Positions 13,501 to 25,705 of a DNA stretch of 64,000 nucleotides are shown in pieces. Below the pieces are notes generated by a model. That model made no database searches. It was not told where the DNA came from and saw only the letters and a program-made list of their open reading frames with translations. The DNA is from Azolla caroliniana (Eukaryota > Plantae > Polypodiophyta): the NCBI GenBank assembly GCA_043228905.1, contig JBHGNT010000017.1, forward strand, positions 11,222,001 to 11,286,000. Reading direction: 5' to 3'. A program made the translations under genes and the position numbers. Position 1 is the first letter of the stretch; every line of letters begins with the position of its first letter.

Positions 13501-15200
13501 GGCGAACCGATCGTGTGTCGACCATCCATAGCCAAAAGGTGCAAGGTTCCCATTGATTCAGGCCGAGTTTATGACAGGTAGCCTCGCTGATGACATTCAC
13601 GCTAGAGCCGCTGTCGATTATGCACCCGTGCAGGTCCCTTCCTTTAATCATAATTTTTATGGCTAGATTCTGCGCATCCATGAGGGGTGGACCCGTTCCT
13701 GGCTTGGTCAGGTGCACAGGTGGCGCGATGGAATGGGTGTTGGCCGTGAGTGTAGCCAAGGTGTCCCAAAAACGCGGCATGAGTGGTAAGAGTTTATGCA
13801 GAGGCAAGGATATCCTGGAACTAGTAAGGGCGTCCCATAGCTGGTCATCTTCTGTCGACGTGGATGGTGTCGAGGACTGTGTTGCTCCGATGGTCACGTC
13901 TCCCATTTTTGTTTGCATCCGCACCACATTGTTTTTGTTGGCCGTATCCATCCATTCTTTGGCTACTTGCCGGACTTCATCCTGTACTTGCCATGGGGTA
14001 GCCTGGGCTTTGCTACGTGTTGTGACATTTTGCACGTCAGCCATAATACTATTCACGGCAGGAGCCTTTCTGCGGTTTGTTGTTGGGCATTGCGTAGCGT
14101 AGTGACTAGGTTGGTTGCACTTGAAGCAGGTAACGACGGCCGAGTTGCTGGTGCCAGCCTGATCTGTGTGTGTGGGGGGGTGCGGTTGATTCCTGGCCTC
14201 GTGTGTTGGTGGGTTGGTCCAGGGCGCGTTCGAGCTGCGCGGTTCATTTTGCGGGGGGTCCCGACGACGGTTGTCGTTATTCCTTCTGTTGTTGCGCGAT
14301 CCTCGGTGAGAGTTGCGCCGATCATTACGGGAATTTCGTTGATCATATCGGTCCTCCCGATCATCTTCATTCCGATCATAATCGTCGTTTGCCCGATACT
14401 GGTCATCGTGATAGCGATCACGGCGGTCGTCCGATCTCCGTCGATTGTCATTTCGATAACAGTTGTCGTCCCGACGATAATCGTCATCACGGCGCCGTCT
14501 ATCCGGCGATCGAGGTCGTTGGTTACCCTGGTTCCGGTAGGATTGTCGCTCGTCCTAACCAGAGTATGTATCCCTAGGCTCGATCTAGCGAACCGGGGAT
14601 GTCGTTGTGCGGTTGAGCATATTGTATTCATAGTGCTCGACAGTGTGAGATCAGGACTGGCAAATCAGACACTATGGCCGGTGAGGACATTCGAGGGCCA
14701 GATGGCCCGATCCCGAGCAAATTGTGCATTGGAGGGCTTGGCGGAAGCGATTGTCCTCCTGGGGAAGGGCGCTTTGCAGTGAACTCATAGAGAAAGTCGT
14801 GCTTTGCTTAGTCTGATTGAGGGCGAGGACGCTCACTATGACTTGCTCGATCGTTTGATTGGCAAAATTAGTAAGTGCAAGAGTCGTCCGTAGAGGCTCC
14901 CGTAGGCTGGACAGGAATGTGTCCGAAATGTGTTGTGCAAAGACATCGTCGGCCACTTCTCTGTAGAGATCTTGGAACTGGATCGTGAATTGTGCGACCG
15001 TCTCGTGCGGTTCTTGTCGCATGGAAAAGAACTATCGGAGCAATTCTCGTTTTGGCACCTCGCAATGGAACAGTTCTAGGAACTGTGTGCGAACGTCGTG
15101 GAAGGTGACAAACTCCCCTGTGTCGAGGCCAGAATACCATCGCGCAGCTGGTCCATCAAGGGATAACGTAAACTCGGCAATTTTTTAGGCCTCGATTTCG
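10580..15200 (-). pseudogene. Gypsy gag-pol: gag with CCHC knuckles, aspartic protease, RT (N-terminus deleted near 13040), RNase H, integrase
   Basis: CTICSGSGHLALEC; IIDSGSSVNVIS; FPLPF...SFLDGFSVYNQI...FLDDF; YYASRHLSAAEKNYSTTEREAL; WGLDFVG...YYPHANG...ALWAYRT; VNGFRLQPY. Confidence 0.93.
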
Positions 15201-15614
15201 GCAGGCGAGAGTCCCTGTGTTGAGTGGTTGGCCTGCCAGGTGGACACGAACGCATGGATGTGCAACTCCGCATCGGGGCTGTCGGTGTATCGTGGCTAAG
15301 GATACGACATGGTATCGAATTCGGGGTCTTTCGGTAAAACCGGAAAAGGGTTAGAGTCAGGGTAGGTGACCTCTGGAGGGCTTGGTGGAGAGGTTGGTGT
15401 GGACTCAACTCGCGACCGAGTAGCAGGTGGCGAGGATTGCAACCGGTGAGCCTCCGATATTTCTTGGAAAGACTGGTCCGTGACTGCCGAGTCGGAAGTG
15501 CCTTCGACTGGCGCAGGGCGTCGGCCAGATGGCCGAGACCGCTTGGTGTGATTGGGCGCCGTAATGGCGGCTGAAGGTTGTCTTCAACGAGTTCGTTGTG
15601 ATCTCACAGCTGTA

Positions 15615-15627
15615 ACCGGGCGTGCCA
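15615..15627 (-). promoter_or_regulatory. Primer-binding site TGGCACGCCCGGT
   Basis: TGG-initiated motif a few bp inside the 5' LTR. TGGCACGCCC-type PBS occurs in plant non-chromovirus gypsy; tRNA identity not confirmed. Confidence 0.7.
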
Positions 15628-15632
15628 AATTG

Positions 15633-16080
15633 TGTTAACCGTTCTGTTGGAAACACCTTCGATATGCCTACAAGCTATCGGTATCAAGGGAAGTGTAACG
15701 TGAAGACTTGCGCACGGAGGTGTCGTTAGGGGAAGAAAACGGAGAGCATACCCAGAATAGAGCCCGGCTCGTATACGTAGTTCAAACCTTAGAAACGACG
15801 GCACACAGACGAAAACAACAAGAGCTAATAGATATGTATTACTGCAAACAGTTAGCGATGATTACAAAAACACGGCCCACGGCCGGTGACCTTACAAAGC
15901 TCTTATATCTATGAAACGACCTTGCCTAGGCTCTAGATATCTCTTTCCTGCCGAGGTACGCATACCTCGGCTGACTGTGAGACTCGAAACTCGGCGTTTA
16001 CCTAACTCTACCTTACCTACTCGCCTTACCTACCGACGTATTACATTTAATTAATTTATATTTCTGGCCTATGGACAACA
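15633..16080 (-). repeat. Gypsy 5' LTR (448 bp)
   Basis: Followed on the minus strand by a PBS; lacks a 44-bp segment present in the 3' LTR. Confidence 0.95.
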
Positions 16081-16470
16081 TTGATATCTATATATTAAAG
16101 GCGATTCCTCAAGTAATTGATTTTTGTACTTTGGTTCTGATATCAATAATTCGTAAAACCCTCTAGCATCGAAATACACTCCACTAACTACATAGACTTT
16201 AAACATTGCATTTATCCATTGAGCCATGTCATTTGCAGAAGGCATCTTTCCAAGAAAGAAAAGAATAATAACATTTGACATGTACACTTTTAAACAATTC
16301 AACAAGTCTTGTGATGGGATAGTAAATGTCTTGGTTGGCAAAGGCCCATCCCATTTCTTTCTAGGCTCTGCAAAGTCCTCTACTAGACTATCGTGAAGCC
16401 ATTTTGTATCTATAGGATCTTCTATAATTTCTTTCCTCTTCTTATTCCATACAGAAGATGATTGAGTCAT
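16081..16470 (-). pseudogene. LINE A ORF1, 5' part
   Basis: VIILFFLGKMP...RGFYEL, homologous to LINE C ORF1 (VILFFTGKIP...RGFYEV). Confidence 0.85.
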
Positions 16471-17489
16471 CCTTTACAACAATAATGTGGTAGACATGCT
16501 ACTTTGTATGTTGAAATGTAGTGAGGTCTAACAAAGGTAATGGGAGGAGCAAACCTGGTGTCTCATAACTTAGGTCGAAATAGGCAGATCTAGAAGTTTG
16601 CACTCCACTCAGATTTGAGTGAATCGAACATGCTCAATCCATTCGGAAGGCTCCAAAACCCCCAAAACGACTCATACCTCATTTGATTCCAACTCCAGAT
16701 GAGGGAGATATGAGAGTTGAAAGGTGAACACTCTCTCTGTCTTTCACGTCGCTCTTTCAAGTTTTTGGGTTCATGCTAGGAAACTCGAGAATGTTACACT
16801 TACAGCTCAACTCATATACTCAAGTATATGGCTATTGCTAAATTCTATAAATGCACAATTAGTTCTATGATCATGTCCCCCTCGACTACTATTGTTGAGG
16901 CCAAGTATATTTCCTTGTGTGTATGATCTCACATAATATAAATTGGGCCACCCAATCTATGTTCCATTCCACTTTTTGTTTGTGATACAAAGTTAGCACA
17001 AAGACCACATGTCTTCATGCTTCTTGTGAGTAGGGCTTGCCATGTAGTTTAAATATACATGGGCCCACAAAGGACATTAGTCTGACTTCTCAATGGGGAT
17101 TCTAATGAGAAGCCTCAACCGACATCTCAAGATATTGAAGATAGGGCTATCATGTAATGCCCGCACCATAAACTAAAAACCTCTCCATCACTAGGCATTA
17201 ATGCATCCCAATCCATCCTCCATATTGCCTTTGATTGTAATAATGGTCAAGAGTGCATAGGTTGTGGATGGTCTCCCAATGTGTTTGTTATATGTCCAAC
17301 AAGCATAGAATGTAACAACATGTCTCGTTCCAATTCTCAAAGCACTTATCTTGATTGTGAGCTTCTTATACCATGATCATGAAAAGTATCTTTGATACTA
17401 TCCTCATCATTATCTTCCTTACATACCTATAAGATGCACTATGTTAGTTAACCTAGAGTTGCCCAATTATGACGTAATAGATATTTTTA

Positions 17490-18720
17490 CCATGGATTAA
17501 TGGCCAGACTTCAACAAGTAGAGTCAGAGCTTAAGACAACAGAAGAACGTCTCCAAAAGAGCGAAACGGAGATCCCACATGTACCCGACCGACAATTATG
17601 GGACCAGCTAAAGGAGACAGAGAAGTTAGTCAAACGCGTGAACAATAGAAGAGAATAGAAGGAGAACAAAGTGCAGACAATGAAAGATCGACTCAAGTCA
17701 CGTTTTAGGCCAAAGAAGAGGAAATTGAATACCTCAAAGAGCAACTACTGAATCGGGAGGGGCAACAGGACATGATCGATGAGCTCAAAATGTATCTTAA
17801 AATACAAGAGGAACATTATTCAGAGCACATTGCTAACATCGAAATGGAAAAGGAGGAACTGACTAGGAACCACACCCAGCTTGCGGAGAAGTACGAACAG
17901 GTCCGTACTGCATTAGTGCTAGCAAAGGCAAAGCTTCTTTCTATTCGACAAGGGCTTGACAGAAAATCGACTGGAAGATTTAAAAAAGGAAATGGCCACT
18001 CTGAAATGCAGACTCAGCATGGGAGAGTGGAAGGTGCAACTCATATTGTCAGGGCAAAACCAAAAAATGCGCCAAATGATTACCGACTCACTAGATAATG
18101 GCTAGAAAATGTGGTCGACTCAAGCCATCGAACTGCAAAACCAAAAAATGCGCCAAATGATTACCGACTCACTAGATAATGGCTAGAAAATGTGGTCGAC
18201 TCAAGCCATCGAACTACAATTGTTGAGGGCCAACCACAAGAACAGAAAAAAGCAAGGCCATGGCTTCTTTAAAATGGATGAAGTGAGCATAACACGGTAA
18301 GAGACAAACTCGCAAATGACATATATGAGCTAACCACGCACCACAAAGAAGAAATCAATAAGTTGCTGGAAGAATTCGACAACCAGAAAATAACAGTCGC
18401 CCTGGAACTTGATGCATACGAGAAGGAACGTCATCGGCAGGAAGGGTAATTGGAGGAAAATGACGATGCCGAACCGACTAAGGAAGAGAGTCTGGTCAAA
18501 CTGTACTAGTCAGCGTCTCAAACCAGGGCAAGAGGCAGAGCAAGAAGGTGCAGAGCAAGAGGAGGCAGAATCGATGTTGCGAACGAAGCAGTAACAACAA
18601 ACAGAAAATCAACCATCTCCAGCCGTGCAAAAGATCTAGAAGATGAGGAGCTGATTTTGTTCAATATACTCAATGAGGATGCAGACGACATGGAGGAGGA
18701 GAGCATTGTATCATTATCGG
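17490..18720 (+). pseudogene. Diverged relic of a related gypsy extra ORF (coiled-coil part)
   Basis: LQLLRANHKNRKKQGHGFFKMDE and LTTHHKEEINKLLEEFDN...LELDAYEKER align with LHILRANAEN*RKEGRGFYKMDD and LATSHTVAIKQLLEEFND...LEAEVYEEER. Confidence 0.75.
18054..18215 (+). repeat. 81-bp perfect tandem duplication
   Basis: Units 18054-18134 and 18135-18215. Confidence 0.9.
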
Positions 18721-19079
18721 TCTGTTTTGGTTAGTAATATAATTTTGGTAGTTAGAGTATTTACTATGTCGACTACTCTATTTCATTTTCTCTATCTATT
18801 TATTGTGTCGGATGTTCAAATTCGTTCTCCGCTACACGTAGTATATTATAACCATTAGTCGATCAAGATCTTATGTTCTGATCCTAGTAATTAAGTTTTG
18901 TGTAATCATGTTTATGTACAGTTCTAAGTAAGTAACTAGTGTCGACAAACACCATATCTCCAACCACAATTTGCTTGATAGAACGACTTAGGAAGTACGA
19001 TGTTCGACTCATTGTGTCTCTCAGCAGAGACAACAAAGTTTGAGCACTTTTCTTCCTTGTTTCCCTGTCTTGTAGCATG

Positions 19080-20474
19080 CCAAGAAATGTAAATTCATAT
19101 CATGTGTGTTGGGAAGAAGAGAAATTGTGCCATAAAAGGATGAGAATGACTAAGGCAACTTGATGATTAGACAATGCACATACTCAAGTTCGATTGACTT
19201 GCTTCCTAAAGAAACTAGTTCCTTTTGAAGAGTAACAAATTGCGTTATTTGATCCATGATGTTGGGACTGTCATGATTCTTGAGATTTCCTAGTTGGCTC
19301 TCAATAGCATGATTAGCTCAATGATACTCGTTTTTTTATGGTTGCCCATAGCTCATTGCCTATCTCTTCATCTGTATCTTGAAATTGACGAGCAATGATC
19401 GGTTTAATATTAAACATGCGGAAAGGATGAGCACGAGAATCCTTATCTTGCCAAGCTTCAATCTCAGCTTTAGATGAGCCAACAACTGATTTGGTTGAAG
19501 AGGATGAAGTTACCGGTGGTTTATTGTCACTACCATTGACTACATTCCATAGAAGATGGTACTGTAGCAAGGTCTTTATCTGTAGTTCCCAATCCAAGTA
19601 ATTGTTCCCATCCAAGATGGACTCTTTGGGGAGTTGGGGAATGTTTGATGAAACAATGGTGGCATGTGAGGCCATGGATATCCTCCTCTTCAGCTACAAC
19701 TGGACAATTTGCAGCAGTTGTAAGTGGATGGTTAGGATCTTTCTACCCCTCCCTAGATGATAGGCGAGGCTCAGATGAGAGGAAAAGAAGAAGAAGAAGA
19801 AGAAGAAGAAGAAGAAGAAGAAGAACCTCCCTTGTAGGTTGGGAGGGTGGCTGCTAAGAGAACCTCCTCTATAGGGTTGGGAGGGACGTTGCAAAGAAAA
19901 GAAAAAACTCCGCTTAAGGGTGGGAGGGTGGGATAAAAGAAGATATGTTTGTATGCTCTTTGGCAAAAAAATCAGGTTGAGGATATGGAAACCTCACTGC
20001 TCTGTTACCATGTGAGAAAAGTTGCTAATAGCAGTCACAGAATAATTGTTAGAACAAAATAGACACAACCAAACTATGAGAAGACTGTTAGACAGCAGTA
20101 GCAAAAATGGTTGCAAAGAGTAGAGACACATCCAAAGAATAGATATTGTTTGCAAGTATCAGCAATAATAATATCATTACATAAGAGGCTGGTATAGTGT
20201 ATTTATATAAAATTGGGGAACGTGGGTGAAATGGTTGTTTGGTAGTTAAGTGACTCTTGTACTACCAAACAAGAACAATAAACTAGGAATAAGAGGGAAT
20301 ATCTTAGAAAGAGTGGAAGAGAGAGAAGGCAGTTCAAGTGTTGCAGATTCTATAAAGAGAAGGCATTTAAAGAGTTGCAGATTCCAAAGAGTGAAGAATC
20401 TAGAAAGTGAGGATGTAGAAGAGAGATAATAAGGATGAAAGAGAGTGCAGGTTTGGAGCTACCACCCTCCAACA
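19080..20474 (-). mobile_element. Truncated Ty1/copia: 5' LTR (about 20011-20474), tRNA-iMet PBS and gag N-terminus
   Basis: Minus-strand PBS TGGTAACAGAGC at 19999-20010; gag 19313-19675 (LDGNNYLDWELQIKTLL...LWNVVNG). Confidence 0.8.
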
Positions 20475-20824
20475 CAAAGCTTGCGACAAATTATGATGAT
20501 GAAAAATGTAAAATCATAAGAGTGTGGAGAAGAGATCCTTAAGTTTTGGTGTAGTGTGTTTACGATTGATAGTCATGTCACCTTCAAAATAGAATGGTCC
20601 TCTTGTAGCATGCTTTATCATTGTCAATATGCGAGATTCACAAAACGTGCAGGCTTTAATGTGTTTTTATCATATACTTCATCTCTATGTCTTATGTGTT
20701 GTAGAACAAGTTCCCTCCATTGTTGCCCCTAACAATGTATCGAAACATCACAAACTTCTTGGACGCATGCTAAATGGCACATCAATAACATCCCTTTATG
20801 TTGCATTAAAAACTCCATTGTTGT

Positions 20825-20834
20825 TGTAGGAAAC

Positions 20835-20905
<71 letters not shown>

Positions 20906-23785
20906 AAACAATTATATTATTACGCCATTTCTATTACATAATTGGTGGTGGCTTTATAAGACCACCACCGATACAGTTACGGTTTCCTTCATGAGAAGGA
21001 AACCGTATTCCTAAGATTAATAAGTATTTATTTATTAATTTTTGCTTATAATTATTATTATTTTCCACACTCCCCCTTAAGCGAAAATTTCTAGAAGTGT
21101 AGATTTTCATCCTTGTCTTCGATTACATCAATTAATCCAACTTGCTTGCAACAAATAATGTACTTAGAATGTTGAAGAGGTTTCGTTAGAAAATCAGCCC
21201 ACATTTGATGTGTGGGAGCAAACTTTAACTCTATCTTCTTTGTTTCAATGAGATCACGAAGAAAATGATGTTTTAAGTCCACATGACGTATATTGTCACT
21301 CATCTTCGGATTGTTGGCTAACTTGATGCAAGATTGATTATCGCAAAATAAAGTCACTGTTGGAATAGTAAATAGTTTAAATTCTTCAAGCATAGCTTTA
21401 ATCCATATGCCTTCTTTAGCCACCAAAGCCGCGTGGAAGCTCCCCCTTCTTCCGAAGGTTCCTCGATGGCTTCCGCAAAGGTTTGAGTTCCCTTCGAGTG
21501 ATGGGTCGAAATACACCATTTTGTTGTGGTGTGTGTGGTGTTGATATTCTATGATGTATGCCTTCATTTTGATACAAACTTTGAAATTCATGAGACATAT
21601 ACTCACCACCACCATCGGTTTGAAGACTTTTAATCTTTGATGATGTTTGCACTTTGACTCGAGCCTTGTATTCTTTGAATGCTTGACAAGCTTGACTTTT
21701 GTACTTGAGAAAATGCAAGATCGTAAGTCGACTAAAGTCATCTATAAAGCTAATGAAATATTTGGCTCCACTAAGAGAAGGGGTTGTAAAAGGTCCACAT
21801 AGATCACTATGTACTAATGCAGAAGTGGTAGGGGCTCTAGATATATGCTTTGGGAAGGGTCGTTGGGACATTTTCCCAAGGATACAACTTTCACACAAAG
21901 AGATGGGCTTGAAAGGTTCTTTTGGCAAACCATGAACTAGATTATTATATTGTAATGTTTTTTTAGCATTGAAATGCATATGGCCTAGACGAAAATGCCA
22001 AAGCGAAGAGGGAGAATGAAGATTAGTTAGAGATATAGAGGATTGAATTAGGGTAGAATAATGTGCTTCTAAAATAAGACATGTAGGAATGCATTTTATG
22101 GGATATAAGCCTCCTTCTCGTTTACAACATGTTCTAATAAGTTCTCCATTGGAGGCTTCATGTTTAATAATAGCATGGTTAGTATAAAATTCAATGATAG
22201 TGCCATTTGTCGTTGCTTGACTAACCAATAGCAAATGTTTGGTGATGCCAGGGACATAGAGAACTTCATTGATTGTGAAATGTCTTCCTCCTGTGACTTC
22301 AAAAGTAATATCACCCTTGCCAATAGCTTGTTTAGTCCCATTATTTCCAAATCTTGCAATGATAGGAGGTTCAACTTCCTTATAGTTACATAACCAATCT
22401 TTTCTATTAGTTAAGTGGTTAGTAGCACCAGTGTCAAGATACCATATGTCTTTTACATTACTTGGATTTGGAGTGGTAGCGGAAAGTGATTCGGCAATGA
22501 ATGCTTGAAGGACATCGTCATACTTGTCATCATTTTGATATCCATCTCCTACGGCTTTTACATCATCCATCTCTTCTTTAACAAGATGGGCTTGTACACG
22601 CCTCCCCGGTTGATAATTCTTGAAATTTGACTTTGCGCGATAATCTTTTGTTGCATGATTTGTACGTTTGCATATTTTACAATAGTTGTTATTGAACCAG
22701 ATTGCTCTTTGTTTAATGTTTTGATCTTTCGTTATCCATGGCTTTGAGTTTTCTCCTCTTTGAGTGAATCTTCGGTTTTTGTATGCTACCATTGCCACAC
22801 TTGGTGTTGAATTTGAAGACCCTTATAAATGCATTGTTTGTTCCTGTCTAATATTTACAAAAACATCAATTAGAGTTGGACAATTTATATAGTTTTGGGT
22901 GGTTCTAAAAGTGAACCACGAGTGAGGAAGAGCGCCAAGAAGGATAATCTTTTGTAATTTATCATGGACTTCTAATCCCGAAGTTAACACATCATCTAAT
23001 TTCTTTTGCCATATTAATAGAAATTCACCAACCGGTTGTTCGTCATTCATTTTGTAATTAACAAGCGCTTGAAGTGTATGCGCTTGTTGGGCCTCATTTT
23101 TCGGTTCGTAGATAGTTTGTAAGTGCTTCCACATTTCTTGAGTCGTCTCCATTTTTCGCAGTGTTTCTCCAGTGTCATAACTTACGTGCATTAGAAATTC
23201 CATTCTTGCGCACAAGCTTTTTCTTCATATTCTTCAAGTTCTTCGTCTTTTTCAGGTTTTTTCGACGATCCTGAAATTATGTCCCATACTTTATTATATT
23301 TAAAAAGTAATTCTAATCTTGCCTTCCAAATTCGATAATTTGTGTCTGATAATTTCTCGATCGTGAATTTTCGCATGTTGAGTTGCGACGATGACATAGA
23401 TTGTGCCATTATTGTAGAGGGTTGTCCGGATCAATGCACGGCAAACACAAAATTGTCTTTCGTTACTTGACGATCTTGGACACTATGAATATGATTATTT
23501 TTTTATGGGCATGAAAGTTAAATTATGATAGGGGCATGTGTTTTGTGATTTAAGAAAGGCATAGACTATAGGTTATAGATCGTTTGGCTCTATACCATTT
23601 AGGAAAAAGAAGAGAAAGAAAGAAGAAAGAGAGAGAGAAAGAAGAGAGAGAGAGAGAAAAGAAAACATTTATATTATTACGCCATTTCTATTCCATCGTT
23701 GGCGGTGGCTTTGTAATCAATACGTTAGGAAACCGTATTCCTAAGATGAATAAGTATTTATTTATTTATTAATCTTGCCTTCCAA
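20825..23785 (-). mobile_element. Internally deleted Ty1/copia lacking RT
   Basis: Diverged LTRs 20825-21069 and about 23598-23785; PPT at 21070-21078; Met-type PBS at 23587-23597; gag 22823-23409; WYLDTGATNH; LWHFRLGH; integrase to TPQQNGV; RNase H C-terminus CDNQS...ADFLTKPL. Confidence 0.88.
20838..20902. repeat. (GA)n microsatellite inside the copia LTR
   Basis: Direct sequence. Confidence 0.95.
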
Positions 23786-24115
23786 ATTCAACCGATGTGC
23801 GATCCATTTATTTGAATTGAGAAATGCATAGGGGGATGATGATGTGTGAGTATGTATCACCGTGGGTTGCACGTGCTTGTGCATGCATGCCAGCGGTGAA
23901 ACTTCTTCTTCCTCCTCCTCTTCACAAATATACGTCGTGACGTTGCGCCTTTTAACTGCTGCATGTACGTCCATCATCATCATCATCTGCTCCTTTCTCA
24001 TCTCTTCCCATTCTTTACTAATAAATTTACTGATTTGCAGGTAAAGGTTTGGAGCATCAGGATTCGTCCATATTTATGTATTTTTTTAGTATCAATTAAT
24101 AGACAGTCTTTCATC

Positions 24116-24154
<39 letters not shown>

Positions 24155-24224
24155 CCTTCACTCTTCTCCTATCTTGGTACTCCTCTCCTACCACTTTCAC
24201 TTGGGGGGTACACTACCAATAGCC

Positions 24225-24263
24225 ATGCCAGGTTTGTCACTCACATGAGACGCTTCTCTCTCT

Positions 24264-24298
<35 letters not shown>

Positions 24299-25666
24299 GT
24301 GGATATTGTATAATAATGACGTATATTGCTGGTTAGGTTGAAACATTCTGAATGGCACATATACATACTAGATAGATGGAATGAACTGATGGCAAAGACA
24401 CAAAACATGTCTCTAATTGGTCGTAAAATTATAAAGAAGTTTCTATGTGTGCTTTATCTTTATACCGCAAATTGTAGATACTTATTTCGGTCGCTCGTTT
24501 TCTGGTGGGGTAGGTGTCGCTGCCAAAGTTACAGATTACTTTTTCAAGTCTTTCACTGCACGACACCGCAAATTTGGATGGGGGGCAGGTTTAGGATCAT
24601 CATCATCATCAGAGGAGGAGGAGGAGAAGAAGGAGAAGGAGAAGGAGAAGGAGAAGGAGAAGGAGAAGGAGGAGGAGGAGGAGGAGGAGGAGGAAGAAGA
24701 AGAAGAAGAAGAAGAAGAGGGAGGAGGAGGAAGAGCGAGGAGATATAATAATAATAATAATAATAGAAGCCCCCCAGCCTACTCTAGGAGGAGGAGGAGT
24801 TGTTGTTGGGTGGGAGGTGCAGATGGTGATGAGTACAGCCGGACTACAACAATGAAGCACATGTCACCTATGGCCAATGCAGTCGTTGCCTACTCTTCAG
24901 AGTATATTATAAAGTCTTTTATTTTTAAAGTCTCTCATTTATGATTTTTTAAAACTTGCTACTCTATTCTTAATATCTGCACCTTCTTTCATCTAGCTAT
25001 ACATATTTGTAAAGGTAGGAACTAATTGATATGATATGACTTACACTAATGTAAGTGCTCACGCCAATGAATCGTCTCAATTTCACCACCTTTTGGCATT
25101 GCTTTGAGATTATGAGGTTGATAAAGATAGAGCCTCTCCTTTTCAACACCAGGGCCAAGAGCAGTGTCTTTTCCCTCTGCTAAATGATATAATGATATGT
25201 GTCTCTACAACTGCTGACATGCACGTGTCTAATTTGGCTTATATTTCACAGTTGCTTGTTATTAACTGGTCTGTCGTAATCAAATCAAATCAAATCATGT
25301 AACAGATTAACAAACCTTATGTTGGATGATAGGGTTGTTTCCACTAGTGTGGAAAAGCTTCAAGCTGAGTTTGATGGAATATATCCGGATCAGAAGCAAC
25401 AACATGTGGATTATGCTCGTAGCTTTGTAGAATACTGTTGTTTTAAAGCCATCTCAGCTTGGACGCAATATGACTACAACTTACTCGATTCCAATTTTCA
25501 TCGCTATACATTCGATTGTATGGTTGCATGGGAAACACCATCTGCAAGTCAATTGCTGGACGAAACACCATCTGCATCTCAGTCTGACGTTCCTAAGGTC
25601 TCTCTCACGTCTTACTATTATTTTTCTATATCCCAATAGTGCAAAGCGAAGCCCACAGAGGGAAAA

Positions 25667-25705
<39 letters not shown>

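Larger units (their letters stand above)
6489..16080 (-). mobile_element. Ty3/gypsy LTR retrotransposon (non-chromovirus; no chromodomain or extra RNase H seen) with extra 3' ORF
   Basis: LTRs 6489-6980 and 15633-16080 (TGTT...AACA); TSD TTGAT at 6484-6488 and 16081-16085; domain order gag-PR-RT-RH-INT. Confidence 0.95.
1825..16782 (-). mobile_element. Full-length degenerate L1-clade LINE (LINE A), interrupted by a gypsy element
   Basis: 15-bp TSD ACTCGAGAATGTTAC at 1810-1824 and 16783-16797. T9 tail at 1825-1833 with AATAAA on the minus strand at 1843-1848. ORF1 and ORF2 remnants. Confidence 0.92.

Noticed and set aside
13913-14782. Hydrophobic 289-aa plus-strand ORF resembling a membrane or env protein
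   Set aside because: Antisense shadow of the Arg/Asp-rich gag region.
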